DNA of 64,000 bases from Acidimicrobiales bacterium. Lineage in GTDB: Bacteria > Actinomycetota > Acidimicrobiia > Acidimicrobiales > VFJN01. Position 1 is the stretch's first letter, and every line of letters starts with the position of its first letter. This document shows, piece by piece, positions 34,977-45,365 of this stretch. Made by a program: the position numbers and the translations under genes. Under the pieces are notes generated by a model, which was not told the origin of the DNA, made no database searches, and saw only the letters and a list, made by a program, of their open reading frames with translations. Location: the NCBI GenBank assembly GCA_045807565.1, contig JBJMHD010000149.1, forward strand, positions 5,116-69,115, given 5' to 3'.

Positions 34977-37023
34977 GCGCGACGTAGAGCGAGCGGGCGC
35001 CCTGCACCTCCTCCTCGAGGATGGCGGCGGGCTCCACCACCACGGAGGCGTCGAGCTCGAGCCCCTTCACCAGGCTCACCGGCACGACGGTGATCTGCGT
35101 GTTGAGGCCGGTGCGGACCGCGCGTCCGTACTCCACGCCCCGCGCTTCGAACGCGACCGCCACATCGTCGACGAGCGAGTCGGGCACGATCACGGCGACG
35201 CTGCCCGGGTCCACGGCGTCGCGCTCCACGAGCGCCTGGTCGACGGCGGCCTCGGCGATGCCTCCGGGGCCGGCCTCGATGAACCGCGGCTCCTCCCCCT
35301 CCTGCCGCACGGACGAGGGCGGCGTGAGGTCGGGGGCGGCGAGGGTGAGCACCTTCGTGGCCAGGGCCATGTTCGGCCCCGGGAGCCGGTAGCCGATGGT
35401 GAGCTCGGTGCGCCTCGCCGGTCGACGATCCGGGAGCTGATCGAGCACCTCGGTCCAGTCGGCGTGGGCCCACGCACCGGTGGACTGGGCGATGTCGCCG
35501 ACGACGGTCATCGACCCGTTGAGCGACCGGCGCGTGAGCATCCGCAGCTGCATGGGCGACAGGTCCTGCGCCTCGTCGACGACGATGTGCCCGTAGGTGC
35601 GGAAGTCGTCGTCGGAGGGCTGGCCGGGCCGCCTGACCTTGGGCTTGGGCCCGAGCAGCGACCGGGCCTCGTCGAGCAGGGGCACGTCGTCGACGGTCCA
35701 CACCGCCTCTTCCACCGTGTCGGCGCGCGGGCGCAGCAGCGCCTCCCGCTCGTCGGCGCTGAGGGCCCGACCGGCGGCGAGTTCGATCAGCGCGGCCGAA
35801 CCGAAGAGGTCGTGCAGCAGGTCGGCGGGGGTGAGCACCGGCCACATCCGCTCGAGCGCCTCCCGCACCTCGGGGGCGTGGCGCAGGCGCTCGCGCGCCT
35901 CCTGCGCCTCGACCGGCACGCGAGCGCTGTCCGCGAGGGTGGCGAAGACGCTCGCCTCCACGTGCTTGCGCCCGGCGTTGTGGAGCCGGAAGCGCCGCTT
36001 GGCGTCGGCGACGATCGCCTGGCTCTGCCCAGGGGTGAGGCTGAGGGTCTGCAGGCCGTAGCCCACGCGCATCGTGCGGCGCAACGGCCGCTGGCGATCG
36101 TGGACGGCCTTGGCGAGGACCTTGGCCATGCGCAGGTCGCCCTTCACGCGGGCGGTGATCGGACGGTCGCGACCTTCGATGGTGACGCCGATGGTGCCGT
36201 CGAGGAGGTCGGCCAGCACGGCCAGCTCCACCCCCGCCTCGCCGAGGCTGGGCAGCACCTGCTCGATGTAGCCCAGGAAGAGGCGGTTGGGCCCGATGAC
36301 GAGCACCCCCTGCCCTTCCAGCGGGAACCGATGGGTGTAGAGGAGGTACGCGGCCCGGTGGAGCGCGACGACCGTCTTGCCGGTGCCGGGTCCACCCTGC
36401 ACGACGAGCACGCCAGGCAGGTCGGCCCGGATGATCTCGTCCTGCTCGCCCTGGATCGTGGCGACGATGTCGGTGAGGCGACCGGTGCGGGCCTCCTCGA
36501 GGGCGGTGATCAGGGTGCTGCGGCCGCGGATCTCGCGCCCGTCGTCGACCACCGACAGCTCCCCGCCGAGGAGCCCGGCCGACTCGCCGAACAGCTCGTC
36601 CTCGATGGCGAGCAGCTGGCGCCCCCTGGTCGCGAAGTGGCGCCGGCGCACCAGGTCCATCGGCTCGCGGCCGGTGGCCCGGTAGAAGGGCTCGGCGACC
36701 GGCGCCCGCCAGTCGACCACGAGGGGCTCGCGGTGCTCGTCGGACACCGCCAGGCGGCCGATGTAGTAGCTGTCACCGCCCGCTCGGGTGGTGCGGTCGA
36801 TGCGGCCGAACACAAGGCTGGCGTCGCCCAGCTGCAACGAGGCGAGCCGCTGGGCGATGTTGCCCTCGATCATCTCCCGCTCCCAGCGGGCCTGCTCGGT
36901 GCCGCCCTTCCCCACCTCGACCATCGACCGCAGGCGGGTGGCGTCCTCGCGCGACCGCTCGAGGCTCCTGTACGCGTTGTCGATGTAGGCCTGCTCCGCA
37001 GCCAGATCGGGGTGCGACGCCAT
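34906..37023 (-). CDS. helD: HelD-like RNA polymerase-associated SF1 ATPase
   Basis: FGRID, YIGRL, VDWRAPVAEPFY, IVATIQGEQD, GGPGTGKTVVALHRAAYLLY, VDEAQD, KGLELD, YVALTRAT. Confidence 0.88.
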   Translation of the reverse strand: MASHPDLAAEQAYIDNAYRSLERSREDATRLRSMVEVGKGGTEQARWEREMIEGNIAQRLASLQLGDASLVFGRIDRTTRAGGDSYYIGRLAVSDEHREPLVVDWRAPVAEPFYRATGREPMDLVRRRHFATRGRQLLAIEDELFGESAGLLGGELSVVDDGREIRGRSTLITALEEARTGRLTDIVATIQGEQDEIIRADLPGVLVVQGGPGTGKTVVALHRAAYLLYTHRFPLEGQGVLVIGPNRLFLGYIEQVLPSLGEAGVELAVLADLLDGTIGVTIEGRDRPITARVKGDLRMAKVLAKAVHDRQRPLRRTMRVGYGLQTLSLTPGQSQAIVADAKRRFRLHNAGRKHVEASVFATLADSARVPVEAQEARERLRHAPEVREALERMWPVLTPADLLHDLFGSAALIELAAGRALSADEREALLRPRADTVEEAVWTVDDVPLLDEARSLLGPKPKVRRPGQPSDDDFRTYGHIVVDEAQDLSPMQLRMLTRRSLNGSMTVVGDIAQSTGAWAHADWTEVLDQLPDRRPARRTELTIGYRLPGPNMALATKVLTLAAPDLTPPSSVRQEGEEPRFIEAGPGGIAEAAVDQALVERDAVDPGSVAVIVPDSLVDDVAVAFEARGVEYGRAVRTGLNTQITVVPVSLVKGLELDASVVVEPAAILEEEVQGARSLYVALTRATKRLVLVHERPLPEVLRST

Positions 37024-37110
37024 CGTTCTCCCGCGATGGAAGGGGATCGAGCATGTTACCGGAGCCTGTCGTCGCGGCGCAGAACCCCCTGATCCGGCAG
37101 ACGAGGTCGG

Positions 37111-37368
37111 TCAGGCGCCCGGATCCTCACCCACCTCGCGCAGGGCGTCACGGAGCGCGACCCGGAGACGACGGGCGATGCCGGGGCTCAGGTGCGCGAT
37201 CAAGCCGGCGCCGGGGCTGCCCACCTCCTCCACCGTGAGGACCACGCGGGGCTCAGCGTCCTCGTAGTCGTCGCTGATGGCGACCGCCCACGAGAGGTGC
37301 TGGATGTCCTCCTCGCTGGGCGGGAGCTCGTCGAGGCGGAACGGGTGGTCGTCGATGGATCGGCGCAC
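37111..37368 (-). CDS. Hypothetical acidic small protein
   Basis: 85 aa with coding-like codon usage; fills the gap between hemE and helD. Confidence 0.65.
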   Translation of the reverse strand: MRRSIDDHPFRLDELPPSEEDIQHLSWAVAISDDYEDAEPRVVLTVEEVGSPGAGLIAHLSPGIARRLRVALRDALREVGEDPGA

Positions 37369-37424
37369 CCCGCCATTCGACCACGAGTTCGTGGCACGTC
37401 GAGGTGCCTCCTAGGTTGGCCGAC

Positions 37425-38480
37425 GTGGCAGGCGACCCCGCACCGCGACCGGGGCTCTCCGACGCACCGCTCCTCGTGGCGGCGCGCGGCGGGCGGGCCT
37501 CCCGTGTCCCGGTGTGGTTCATGCGCCAGGCGGGCCGGTCGCTGCCGGAGTACCGAGCGCTCCGCGGCGAGGGCAGCATCCTCGACGCCATCCGCGATCC
37601 GGACCTGGCGGCGGAGATCACGCTGCAACCGGTGCGGCGCTACGGCGTGGACGCCGCGATCCTGTTCAGCGACATCGTCGTGCCGGCCGCCGCGATCGGC
37701 TTCGGCGTCGACGTCACCCCCGGCCTCGGACCGGTCGTGTCCGAGCCCTTCCGCTCCGCCGGCGACCTCGAGCGGCTGCGACCCTTCGTCCCCGACGAGG
37801 ACGCGCCGTTCGTGGGCGAGACCGTGCGCAACGTCGTCCGGGAGCTGGGCGACACACCCCTCATCGGCTTCGCCGGCGCACCGTTCACCGTCGCCAGCTA
37901 CCTGATCGAGGGCCGGCCCTCGCGCACGTACGGCCACACCAAGGCGATGCTCCACGCCGAGCCCGAGCTGTGGCACGCCCTGCTCGACCGGCTGGCCGAC
38001 ATCGCGATCGCGTCCCTCCGCGCCCAGATCGACGCGGGGGCCAGCGCCATCCAGCTGTTCGACTCCTGGGCGGGCGCGCTGCCACCCGACGTCTACCGGT
38101 CGCACGTGCAGCCCCACAGCGCCAAGGTCCTCGCCGCCGTCGCTGACGTCCCCCGCATCCACTTCGGTGTGGGCACCGGCGAGCTCCTCGCGCTGATGGG
38201 CGAGGCGGGCGCCGACGTCGTGGGCGTCGACTGGCGGGTCCCGCTCGACGTGGCGCGCGAGCGCGTCCCGGGCAAGGCCGTGCAGGGGAACCTCGACCCG
38301 GCGGTGTGCCTCGCTCCGTGGGAGGTCGTGGCGGCGCGCGCTCGCGACGTCCTGCGCCGCAACGCCGGCCGTCCGGGTCACATCTTCAACCTCGGCCACG
38401 GCGTGCTCCCCGAGCTCGACCCCGGCGTGCTGGCGCAGGTGGTCGACCTCGTGCACGACGAGGGACGGACGGATGGGTGA
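37425..38480 (+). CDS. hemE: Uroporphyrinogen decarboxylase
   Basis: [46 protein letters not shown]; start GTG 37425 lies 7 nt after TAGGTT. Confidence 0.96.
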   Translation: MAGDPAPRPGLSDAPLLVAARGGRASRVPVWFMRQAGRSLPEYRALRGEGSILDAIRDPDLAAEITLQPVRRYGVDAAILFSDIVVPAAAIGFGVDVTPGLGPVVSEPFRSAGDLERLRPFVPDEDAPFVGETVRNVVRELGDTPLIGFAGAPFTVASYLIEGRPSRTYGHTKAMLHAEPELWHALLDRLADIAIASLRAQIDAGASAIQLFDSWAGALPPDVYRSHVQPHSAKVLAAVADVPRIHFGVGTGELLALMGEAGADVVGVDWRVPLDVARERVPGKAVQGNLDPAVCLAPWEVVAARARDVLRRNAGRPGHIFNLGHGVLPELDPGVLAQVVDLVHDEGRTDG

Positions 38481-39378
38481 CCGCCTCGGCGTCGTCGTGA
38501 TGGCCTACGGCACGCCGGCCACGCCCGACGACGTGGCGGCGTACTACACCCACATCCGACGGGGGCACCCGCCCACCCCCGAGCAGCTCGCCGACCTCGT
38601 GCGGCGCTACGACGCCATCGGCGGGACGTCACCGCTGGCCGAGCGCACCGAGGCCCAACGGGCAGCCCTCGCCTCCGCGCTCGAGGAGCGGGCGCCCGGC
38701 CGCTGCACGGTGGTGCTGGGACAGAAGCACGCCGCTCCCTTCATCGAGGACGCCGCCACTGAGCTGCTCCGTGAGGGCGCGGCGGCCCTGGTCGGGCTCG
38801 TGCTCGCGCCGCACTACTCGGGGTTCTCCGTCGGGCAGTACCAGGAGCGCCTCGCCGAGGCCGCTGGTGACGTGCCGGTGGGCCGTGTCGACAGCTGGCA
38901 CCTCGAGCCCGCCTACATCGAGTTCCTCGCCCGCGCCGTGCGCGACGGCCTGGCGACGCTGCCCGCGCACAGCCACGTCCTCTTCACCGCCCACTCGCTC
39001 CCCGAGCGGGTCCTGGTCGGCGATCCGTACCCGGAGCAGCTCGCGGCCTCCGCCGCGGCGATCGCCGGCACCGTCGGCCTGGCGCGCGACCGCTGGTCTC
39101 TGGCGTGGCAGTCAGCGGGCCGGACCGCCGAGCCGTGGCGCGGACCGGACGTCCTCGCGGTCCTCCGCGAGATCGCGGCGGGACACTCCGGCGACGGTGT
39201 CCTCGTGTGCCCGCACGGGTTCGTGAGCGACCACCTCGAGGTGGTCTACGACCTGGACATCGAGGCGGCCGGCGTGGCGACCGAGGTGGGCCTCGCCTTC
39301 GCGCGAACGCGCGTCCTCAACGACGACCCCGGGGTGCTCTCGGCGCTGGCTGACCGCGTCCTCGCAGCGGCGCCGTGA
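38473..39378 (+). CDS. hemH: (Copro)porphyrin ferrochelatase
   Basis: [45 protein letters not shown]. Confidence 0.95.
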   Translation: MGDRLGVVVMAYGTPATPDDVAAYYTHIRRGHPPTPEQLADLVRRYDAIGGTSPLAERTEAQRAALASALEERAPGRCTVVLGQKHAAPFIEDAATELLREGAAALVGLVLAPHYSGFSVGQYQERLAEAAGDVPVGRVDSWHLEPAYIEFLARAVRDGLATLPAHSHVLFTAHSLPERVLVGDPYPEQLAASAAAIAGTVGLARDRWSLAWQSAGRTAEPWRGPDVLAVLREIAAGHSGDGVLVCPHGFVSDHLEVVYDLDIEAAGVATEVGLAFARTRVLNDDPGVLSALADRVLAAAP

Positions 39379-40784
39379 GCACGGTCGTCGTCGTCGGCGG
39401 GGGCATCACCGGGTTGGTCGCAGCACGAGAGGCGGCGAAGGCGGGCGCCGACGTCACCCTCGTCGAGCCGGACGTGCTGGGCGGCAAGGTGCGCGCCAGC
39501 GCGTTCGACGGCGGCGTGCTCGATGAGGCCGCCGACGCGTTCCTCGCTCGGGTGCCCGAGGGCGTCGCGCTCTGCCGCGAGCTCGGCATCGACGGCGACC
39601 TCGTGTCACCCAGCGCGCGCCGCGCCTACGTCTGGAGCCGCGGCGACCTGCGTCTCCTCCCGGAGGCACAGGTGCTCGGCGTCCCCACCGACCTCGACGA
39701 GCTCGAAGCGTCCGGGATCCTCAGCGCCGACGGCCTCGCCCGCGTCCGCCAGGCCCCGGCGCTGGTCGCACCGCACGGCGACGTCGCCATCGGGGACGTG
39801 ATGCGCTCGAACCTGGGCGACGAGGCGACGGAACGGCTGGTCGACCCGCTCGTCGGCGGGATCAACGCCGGCGACACCGATGCCCTGAGCCTCGCCGCCA
39901 CGGTGCCGCAGCTGGATGCGGCGGTGCGCAGCGGCGCGCCGACCCTCGTGGCGGCGTGCCAAGCGCAACGAGCGGCCGTGACGGACCGCTCGGCGCCGGT
40001 GTTCTTCGCGCCCCGTGGCGGCATGGGTGCGCTCGCCGCCACCCTCGCCGCGGACGTCGACGCGCTCGGGGTCCAGCTCGTCCGCGGCCGCGCCACGGCC
40101 ATCGCGGCCGCGGGAGCGGAGTGGCACGTGGCCGTCGAGCTCGGATCCGGGCAACGCTCGGCCGACGCCGCCATCGGCTCGGCGCGTGCGCTCGTCGCGG
40201 CCGATGGTGTCGTGATCGCCGCGCCCGCCGCCGTCACCGCCGAGCTCGTGCGCGACCGCGCACCCCGTGCGGCGACCTTGCTCGCCGCCATCCCCTACGC
40301 GTCGGTCGCGATGGTCAGCCTGGCCGTGCCGCGCGACGGCATCGGCCACGCGCTCGACGCCAGCGGCTACCTCGTGCCACGCGTCGAGCGCCGTACCCTC
40401 ACCGCCTGCTCGTGGGCATCGTCGAAGTGGCCCCACCTCGCCGGCGACGGCACGGTGTGGCTCCGGGCGTCGGTGGGGCGGGACGGTGACGAGTCCCCGC
40501 TCGCCCTGGACGACCAGGCGCTCGTCGCCGCCGTCCTCGACGACCTGCGCGACACCATGCAGCTGCGCGGCCAGCCGAGAGAGGTCCGCGTCACCCGTTG
40601 GGTCGAGTCGTTCCCGCAGTACCGGCCGGGACACCTCGATCGCTGTGCCGCCATCGACGCCGACCTGGCCGCCTCGGCCCCCCGGATCGCCGTCACCGGC
40701 GCAGCCTTCCGCGGCCTCGGGGTGCCGGCGTGCATCCGTCAGGGCGCGGCCGCCACGAGCGCGGTCCTGCGGTCGATCGGCTGA
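39375..40784 (+). CDS. hemG: Protoporphyrinogen/coproporphyrinogen oxidase (HemY/HemG type)
   Basis: GGGITGL, LVDPLVGGINAGD, FPQYRPGH, GLGVPACIRQG. Confidence 0.93.
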   Translation: MSTVVVVGGGITGLVAAREAAKAGADVTLVEPDVLGGKVRASAFDGGVLDEAADAFLARVPEGVALCRELGIDGDLVSPSARRAYVWSRGDLRLLPEAQVLGVPTDLDELEASGILSADGLARVRQAPALVAPHGDVAIGDVMRSNLGDEATERLVDPLVGGINAGDTDALSLAATVPQLDAAVRSGAPTLVAACQAQRAAVTDRSAPVFFAPRGGMGALAATLAADVDALGVQLVRGRATAIAAAGAEWHVAVELGSGQRSADAAIGSARALVAADGVVIAAPAAVTAELVRDRAPRAATLLAAIPYASVAMVSLAVPRDGIGHALDASGYLVPRVERRTLTACSWASSKWPHLAGDGTVWLRASVGRDGDESPLALDDQALVAAVLDDLRDTMQLRGQPREVRVTRWVESFPQYRPGHLDRCAAIDADLAASAPRIAVTGAAFRGLGVPACIRQGAAATSAVLRSIG

Positions 40785-40848
40785 CGCCCGCCGCTCCGCA
40801 TCGGGCGGCGTTGCCGGTCGTCGCGGCGCAGCGGTCATCATTCCCCGG

Positions 40849-42309
40849 ATGTCGACCCGCAGGGAGCGCGTGACGCTCGCCGCCGCGTGCCTCGGCAGCG
40901 GCGCGCTCCTCTGCCTGTCGCTGCCCCCGTTCGGGTTCTGGCCGCTTGCCGCGGTGGGGCTCGTCGGGATCGACCGGCTGATCGCCGACCAGCCGGCCCC
41001 GGTGCGGTTCCGTCGGGGGTGGCTGGCCGCGATGGGTTGCTTCGTGCCCTCGCTCGTGTGGATGACGGCGCTCACCGCGCCGGGCTACGTGATCGCGTGC
41101 GCCGCCTACTCCGGCATGCTCGGCGCCGGGATCGCCGCCGCTCCGCCCGGTCGCGGCCGGTGGCTCGCGCTGGCCGGCACGTGGACGCTGGCGGAGCTCG
41201 TGCGCTGGACGTGGCCCTTCGGGGGCGTGCCGCTCGCCAACCTCGCCATCGGCCAGGTGGCGGGACCGCTCGCACCGGTGCTGCGCGTCGGCGGCGCGCT
41301 GCTGCTCGTGCTGGTGGCCGTGCTGGCGGGCCAGGCCGTCGCCGCCGCCGCGCGAAGAGCGTGGTGGTGGGCGGGCGCCATCGCGCTCGGGGTCGTGGTG
41401 ATCGTCGCCGGGTCGGCGGCTGCCCCGGCTGGGCATGCCGTGGGGACGGTGGAGGTCGCGCTCGTGCAAGGGGGCGGCGAGCAAGGGACGCGCAAGACCG
41501 ACACCGGGGTGATCGAGGTGTTCGAACGGCACCTCGAGGCGAGCGAGGGCGTCGAGCCGCCCGTCGACCTCGTGGTGTGGCCGGAGGACGTCATCGACAC
41601 CAACGACGTCCCGTTCGTCGACGACCCGTGGGCAGACCTCGTCGGCGCGCTCGCGCAGGACCTCGGTGCGCCGCTGATCGTCGGGACCGTGGAGGACGCC
41701 GGGCCCGGGCGGTTCCGCAACAGCGCCGTGCTCGTGGGCGAGTCGGGCGCGGTCGTCGACCGCTACGACAAGGTCCACCGCGTCCCGTTCGGCGAGTACG
41801 TCCCCTTCCGGTCCCTGCTCGAGCCCATCGCCGGAGACGCGCTGCCCGATCGCGACGCGCGCATCGGCTCGCTCCCCGCGCAGCTCGACGTTCCGGAGCC
41901 TGTCGGGCGGGTGGCCACCCCGATCTCCTGGGAGATCTTCTTCGCCGATCGGACGCGGGAAGGGGTGGAGAACGGGGCTCGCCTCGTGCTCAACCCCACC
42001 AACGGATCGTCGTTCACCGGCACGATCGTGCAGACGCAGCAGATCGCATCGTCGCGGATGCGCGCCATCGAGAGCGGACGGTGGGTGGGGCAGGTCGCGC
42101 CGACCGGCTTCACCGCGGTGATCGACGACGCCGGCACCGTCCTCGAGCGCACCTCCGTCGGCGAGCAGGCGGTGATCCAGCGGCAGGTGGAGCTCCGGGA
42201 GGGGCTGACGATCTACACCCGCTGGGGCAACGGGCCGGCGTTGGCGCTGGCCGCGGCGCTCATCCTCGCCGGGTGGACGATCCAGCTCCGAGGTCGATCG
42301 TCGTCGTGA
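40849..42309 (+). CDS. lnt: Apolipoprotein N-acyltransferase (nucleophile position is Ser)
   Basis: N-terminal TM region; WPFGGVP, VVWPED, YDKVHRVPFGEY, ISWE, TNGSSF, RAIESGR. Confidence 0.88.
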   Translation: MSTRRERVTLAAACLGSGALLCLSLPPFGFWPLAAVGLVGIDRLIADQPAPVRFRRGWLAAMGCFVPSLVWMTALTAPGYVIACAAYSGMLGAGIAAAPPGRGRWLALAGTWTLAELVRWTWPFGGVPLANLAIGQVAGPLAPVLRVGGALLLVLVAVLAGQAVAAAARRAWWWAGAIALGVVVIVAGSAAAPAGHAVGTVEVALVQGGGEQGTRKTDTGVIEVFERHLEASEGVEPPVDLVVWPEDVIDTNDVPFVDDPWADLVGALAQDLGAPLIVGTVEDAGPGRFRNSAVLVGESGAVVDRYDKVHRVPFGEYVPFRSLLEPIAGDALPDRDARIGSLPAQLDVPEPVGRVATPISWEIFFADRTREGVENGARLVLNPTNGSSFTGTIVQTQQIASSRMRAIESGRWVGQVAPTGFTAVIDDAGTVLERTSVGEQAVIQRQVELREGLTIYTRWGNGPALALAAALILAGWTIQLRGRSSS

Positions 42310-43888
42310 CGTGGACCGCGTCCAGGAACGCGCGGTCGTGGGTCACGAGCAGGAGCGTGCCGTCATAGGCGTCGAGGGCTGTCTCCAGCTGCTCGATGGC
42401 CTCGAGGTCGAGGTGGTTGGTGGGCTCGTCGAGCACCAGGCAGTTCACGCCTTGCGCCATGAGCTCCGCCAGGAGGGCGCGCGTGCGCTCGCCCGGTGAG
42501 AGCTCGGCGCCGGCGCGGTCGACGTGGTCAGCACGGAGGCCGAACTTCGCCAGGAGCGTGCGCGCGTCGCTCCGCTCGAGGCCGGTGGCGGTGAGGAAGC
42601 CAGCGAGCAACGGCTGGGCTCCGCCGTAGCGGCTGCGACGCTGGTCGAGGAGGCCGAGCGTCACCCCGGGGCCGAGTCGTCGTGTGCCGGTGGTGAGCTC
42701 CACCTCGCCCAGGAGGGCACGGAGCAGGGTGGTCTTCCCCGACCCGTTCGGGCCGAGGATCGCCAGCCGGTCCTGCCACCCCACCTCGAGGTCGACCGGC
42801 CCGAGCCGGAACGCGCCGAGCTCCACGACGGCGGCGTCGAGCCGCGCGACGACGTCGCCCGCTCGGGTCGCGGGAGTGAGATCGAGCTGCAGCTGCCACG
42901 GCTCCCACGGCTTGTCCACGGCGTCGAGGCGATCGATCGCCTTCTCGGTGGCCTTGGCCTTGCCCGCCATCTTCTCCGACGTCTGCGAGCGGAAGTGCTT
43001 GATGTTCTTGTCGCCGTCGGTGGCCTTGCGCTTGGCGTTCCGCACGCCCTGCACCGCCCACTCGCGCTGGGTCCGCTGGCGCTGCTGGAGGCGGTCGCGC
43101 TCGGCCACGAACTTGTCGTAGCCCTCCTGCTGCTGCCGCCGTGCGAGCGCACGGGAGGCGACGAAGTCCGTCCAGCCGCCGGCGTGCTCCACGGCGTCGT
43201 GGTGCGGCAGCCGGAGCTCCAGCACGCGTGTGACGCATCGATCGAGGAAGGCGCGGTCGTGCGACACCACGACGACCGCCGCCGGCGTGCCGTCGACGAA
43301 CCGCTCGAGCTGCTCGAGGCCGGCGAAGTCGAGGTCGTTGGTCGGCTCATCGAGGAGGAGCACGTCCTGCTTCGACAGGAGGATCGCGGCGAGGGCGGCG
43401 CGCGCGGCTTGGCCTCCGCTGAGGTGGCCCACCGGCACGTCGAGCCGATCGTCGGGCAGCCCCACGTCGGCGAGCACGCTCCCCGTGCGGGCGTCGAGGT
43501 CGTCGCCGCCGAGGGCGAGGTAGAGCTCGAGCGCTTCGCTGTAGGCGACGATCGACTCGGCGTCGTCGCCCAGCGAGTGCATGGCGGCGTCGAGGGCGCG
43601 GGACGCGGCGGCCACGCCCGTGCGCCGCCCCAGATAGGCGCGCAGCGTCTCCTCGGGGTCGGCGTCGGTCTCCTGGGGAAGGAACCCCACCGTCACCTCG
43701 GCCGGCGACCGCGAAACCGCGCCCGCATCGGGCTCCTCCAACCCGGCGAGCACCCGCAGCAACGTGGACTTGCCGATGCCGTTCGGTCCGACGACGCCCA
43801 AGCGCGCGCCGGGGTTCACGGTGAGCGACACCCCTCCCAGCACCACCTGCGCTCCGTGGTGGCGCTCCAGGTCCTTGGCCACGAGCAC
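42260..43888 (-). CDS. ABC-F family ATP-binding protein
   Basis: Two ABC domains (GPNGIGKST/LSGGQ/LDEPTND; GPNGSGKTT/LSPGE/LDEPTNH) with a helical linker and no TM segments. Confidence 0.92.
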   Translation of the reverse strand: MLVAKDLERHHGAQVVLGGVSLTVNPGARLGVVGPNGIGKSTLLRVLAGLEEPDAGAVSRSPAEVTVGFLPQETDADPEETLRAYLGRRTGVAAASRALDAAMHSLGDDAESIVAYSEALELYLALGGDDLDARTGSVLADVGLPDDRLDVPVGHLSGGQAARAALAAILLSKQDVLLLDEPTNDLDFAGLEQLERFVDGTPAAVVVVSHDRAFLDRCVTRVLELRLPHHDAVEHAGGWTDFVASRALARRQQQEGYDKFVAERDRLQQRQRTQREWAVQGVRNAKRKATDGDKNIKHFRSQTSEKMAGKAKATEKAIDRLDAVDKPWEPWQLQLDLTPATRAGDVVARLDAAVVELGAFRLGPVDLEVGWQDRLAILGPNGSGKTTLLRALLGEVELTTGTRRLGPGVTLGLLDQRRSRYGGAQPLLAGFLTATGLERSDARTLLAKFGLRADHVDRAGAELSPGERTRALLAELMAQGVNCLVLDEPTNHLDLEAIEQLETALDAYDGTLLLVTHDRAFLDAVHVTTTIDLGAGSSTRRG

Positions 43889-43983
43889 GGCGGTCGACGC
43901 TATCGGGGGGTGAGGCTGGCACCCCCGCCCGTTCTGGTGGCTGCTCCCTTGTCGGGTGGGGGCCTCGAGCAGAGCCTGAGGGC

Positions 43984-44787
43984 ATGGACACCACGGCTTC
44001 GGACGCCCCCTCCGTCGACACCGCGAGCGCACCCGTGCGCGGGACGGCGGTGGCCACGCTCGGCTTGCTCATGGCAGCGAGCGGACCGCTCCTGCTGCTC
44101 GTCGCATCGATCGCGTTCGGCCTGACCGAGTCGGTGGGCTACTTCCTCATCCCCGTGGTCCTCGGGCTCGCCGGCGTGTGGTTGGTGCGCCTCGACCGCA
44201 CCTGGGCGAAGGTCGTCGCCATCGTCCTCGCCGTGGTCGTCCTGAGCTTCGCCTTCTGGACGGTGTTCGGGCTGGGCGTGCCGTCGAGCTTCTTCGACTT
44301 CGTCCCTGGGACGCTCGTGGTGCCGGGCGTGCTGCTGGCCATCTACGGCTCGGTGATGGCGATCCGCGCACGGCGATCGGGCCGCACCGTCGGGCCCGGC
44401 GAGCGCCGGTTCGTCGCCGTCACCCTCGCCGTGCTCGGCGTGCTCGCGGTCGCATCGGTCGTGCTGACCCTCACCGGGCGCGACACCGTGCCCGATGCGG
44501 TCGCCGACGAGGCCGATGCCGTCGTGCACCTCGAGGGCTTCGAGTACGACCAGGACGGCTACGAGCTGGTCGGCGGTGGCACGGTGCTGGTGGAGAACGA
44601 CGACCCGTTCGTCCACAACTTCACCATCGACGCCCTCCACATCGACGTCGACCTCGGTCCGGGCAGCGAGAAGCTCATCGACATCCCGGACGAGCCGGGG
44701 ACCTACGTCGTGTACTGCGAGCCGCACACCGAGGACACGGACGACCCCGGCGAGGACGACATGGCATCGGAGCTGACGATCGGCTGA
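43984..44787 (+). CDS. Membrane protein with C-terminal cupredoxin domain
   Basis: About 4-5 TM helices, then VHNFTID...YVVYCEPH...DMASELTI. Confidence 0.75.
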   Translation: MDTTASDAPSVDTASAPVRGTAVATLGLLMAASGPLLLLVASIAFGLTESVGYFLIPVVLGLAGVWLVRLDRTWAKVVAIVLAVVVLSFAFWTVFGLGVPSSFFDFVPGTLVVPGVLLAIYGSVMAIRARRSGRTVGPGERRFVAVTLAVLGVLAVASVVLTLTGRDTVPDAVADEADAVVHLEGFEYDQDGYELVGGGTVLVENDDPFVHNFTIDALHIDVDLGPGSEKLIDIPDEPGTYVVYCEPHTEDTDDPGEDDMASELTIG

Positions 44788-44801
44788 CCGGGCCGCCGTC
44801 G

Positions 44802-45317
44802 CTAGCCGATCCAGTAGCGGCGCGTCTGGGTGCCGGACTCGTTGTCCACGATGTCGTCGAGCACGCCGCCGGCGCGCTCGATGACCGTGGCGCTGCCGAC
44901 GTTGTCGTCGTCGCACGTGACGAGCACCCGCTCCACACCGCGGGCGCGCACCCGCTCGAGGCTCTGGCGGAGGATCTCGCTGGCGTAGCCGCGCCGGCGG
45001 TGCGCCGGGAGGACGCCGTAGCCGATGTGCCCGCCCTCGTGCCGCAGGAAGTCGTTGAGGCGGTAGCGGATCGAGGCGCGGCCTACGACCTCCCCGTCGA
45101 CCTCGGCGACCAGGAAGGAGGACTCGACGAACCGCCCCATGGGCGGTTCGCCCCGCTCGATGCGCTCGAGGCGGGCGATGTAGTCGGCGAACGCGTCGTC
45201 CTCACCCCAGGCGAGCAGGAACGTGAAGCCCTCGGCGGCCATCGTCTCGTGGGCGGCGACGACCACGGCTTCGTCCTGAGGACGGAGCGGGCGGAGCACG
45301 AGGCGGTCGACGGACAT
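44802..45317 (-). CDS. GNAT-family acetyltransferase
   Basis: GGHIGYGVLPAHRRRGYA, VLVTCDDDNVGSATVIERAGG. Confidence 0.9.
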   Translation of the reverse strand: MSVDRLVLRPLRPQDEAVVVAAHETMAAEGFTFLLAWGEDDAFADYIARLERIERGEPPMGRFVESSFLVAEVDGEVVGRASIRYRLNDFLRHEGGHIGYGVLPAHRRRGYASEILRQSLERVRARGVERVLVTCDDDNVGSATVIERAGGVLDDIVDNESGTQTRRYWIG

Positions 45318-45365
45318 CCGGGGGGACGGTAGGGGTTCGCGCGACTGGTCCCTAGCGTGTTCTCC

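Noticed and set aside
37024-37110. Rifamycin-associated element upstream of helD
   Set aside because: No suitable inverted repeat is visible.
37425-40784. hemE-hemH-hemG/Y without chdC (hemQ)
   Set aside because: Ordinary actinobacterial haem genes; chdC can lie elsewhere in the genome.
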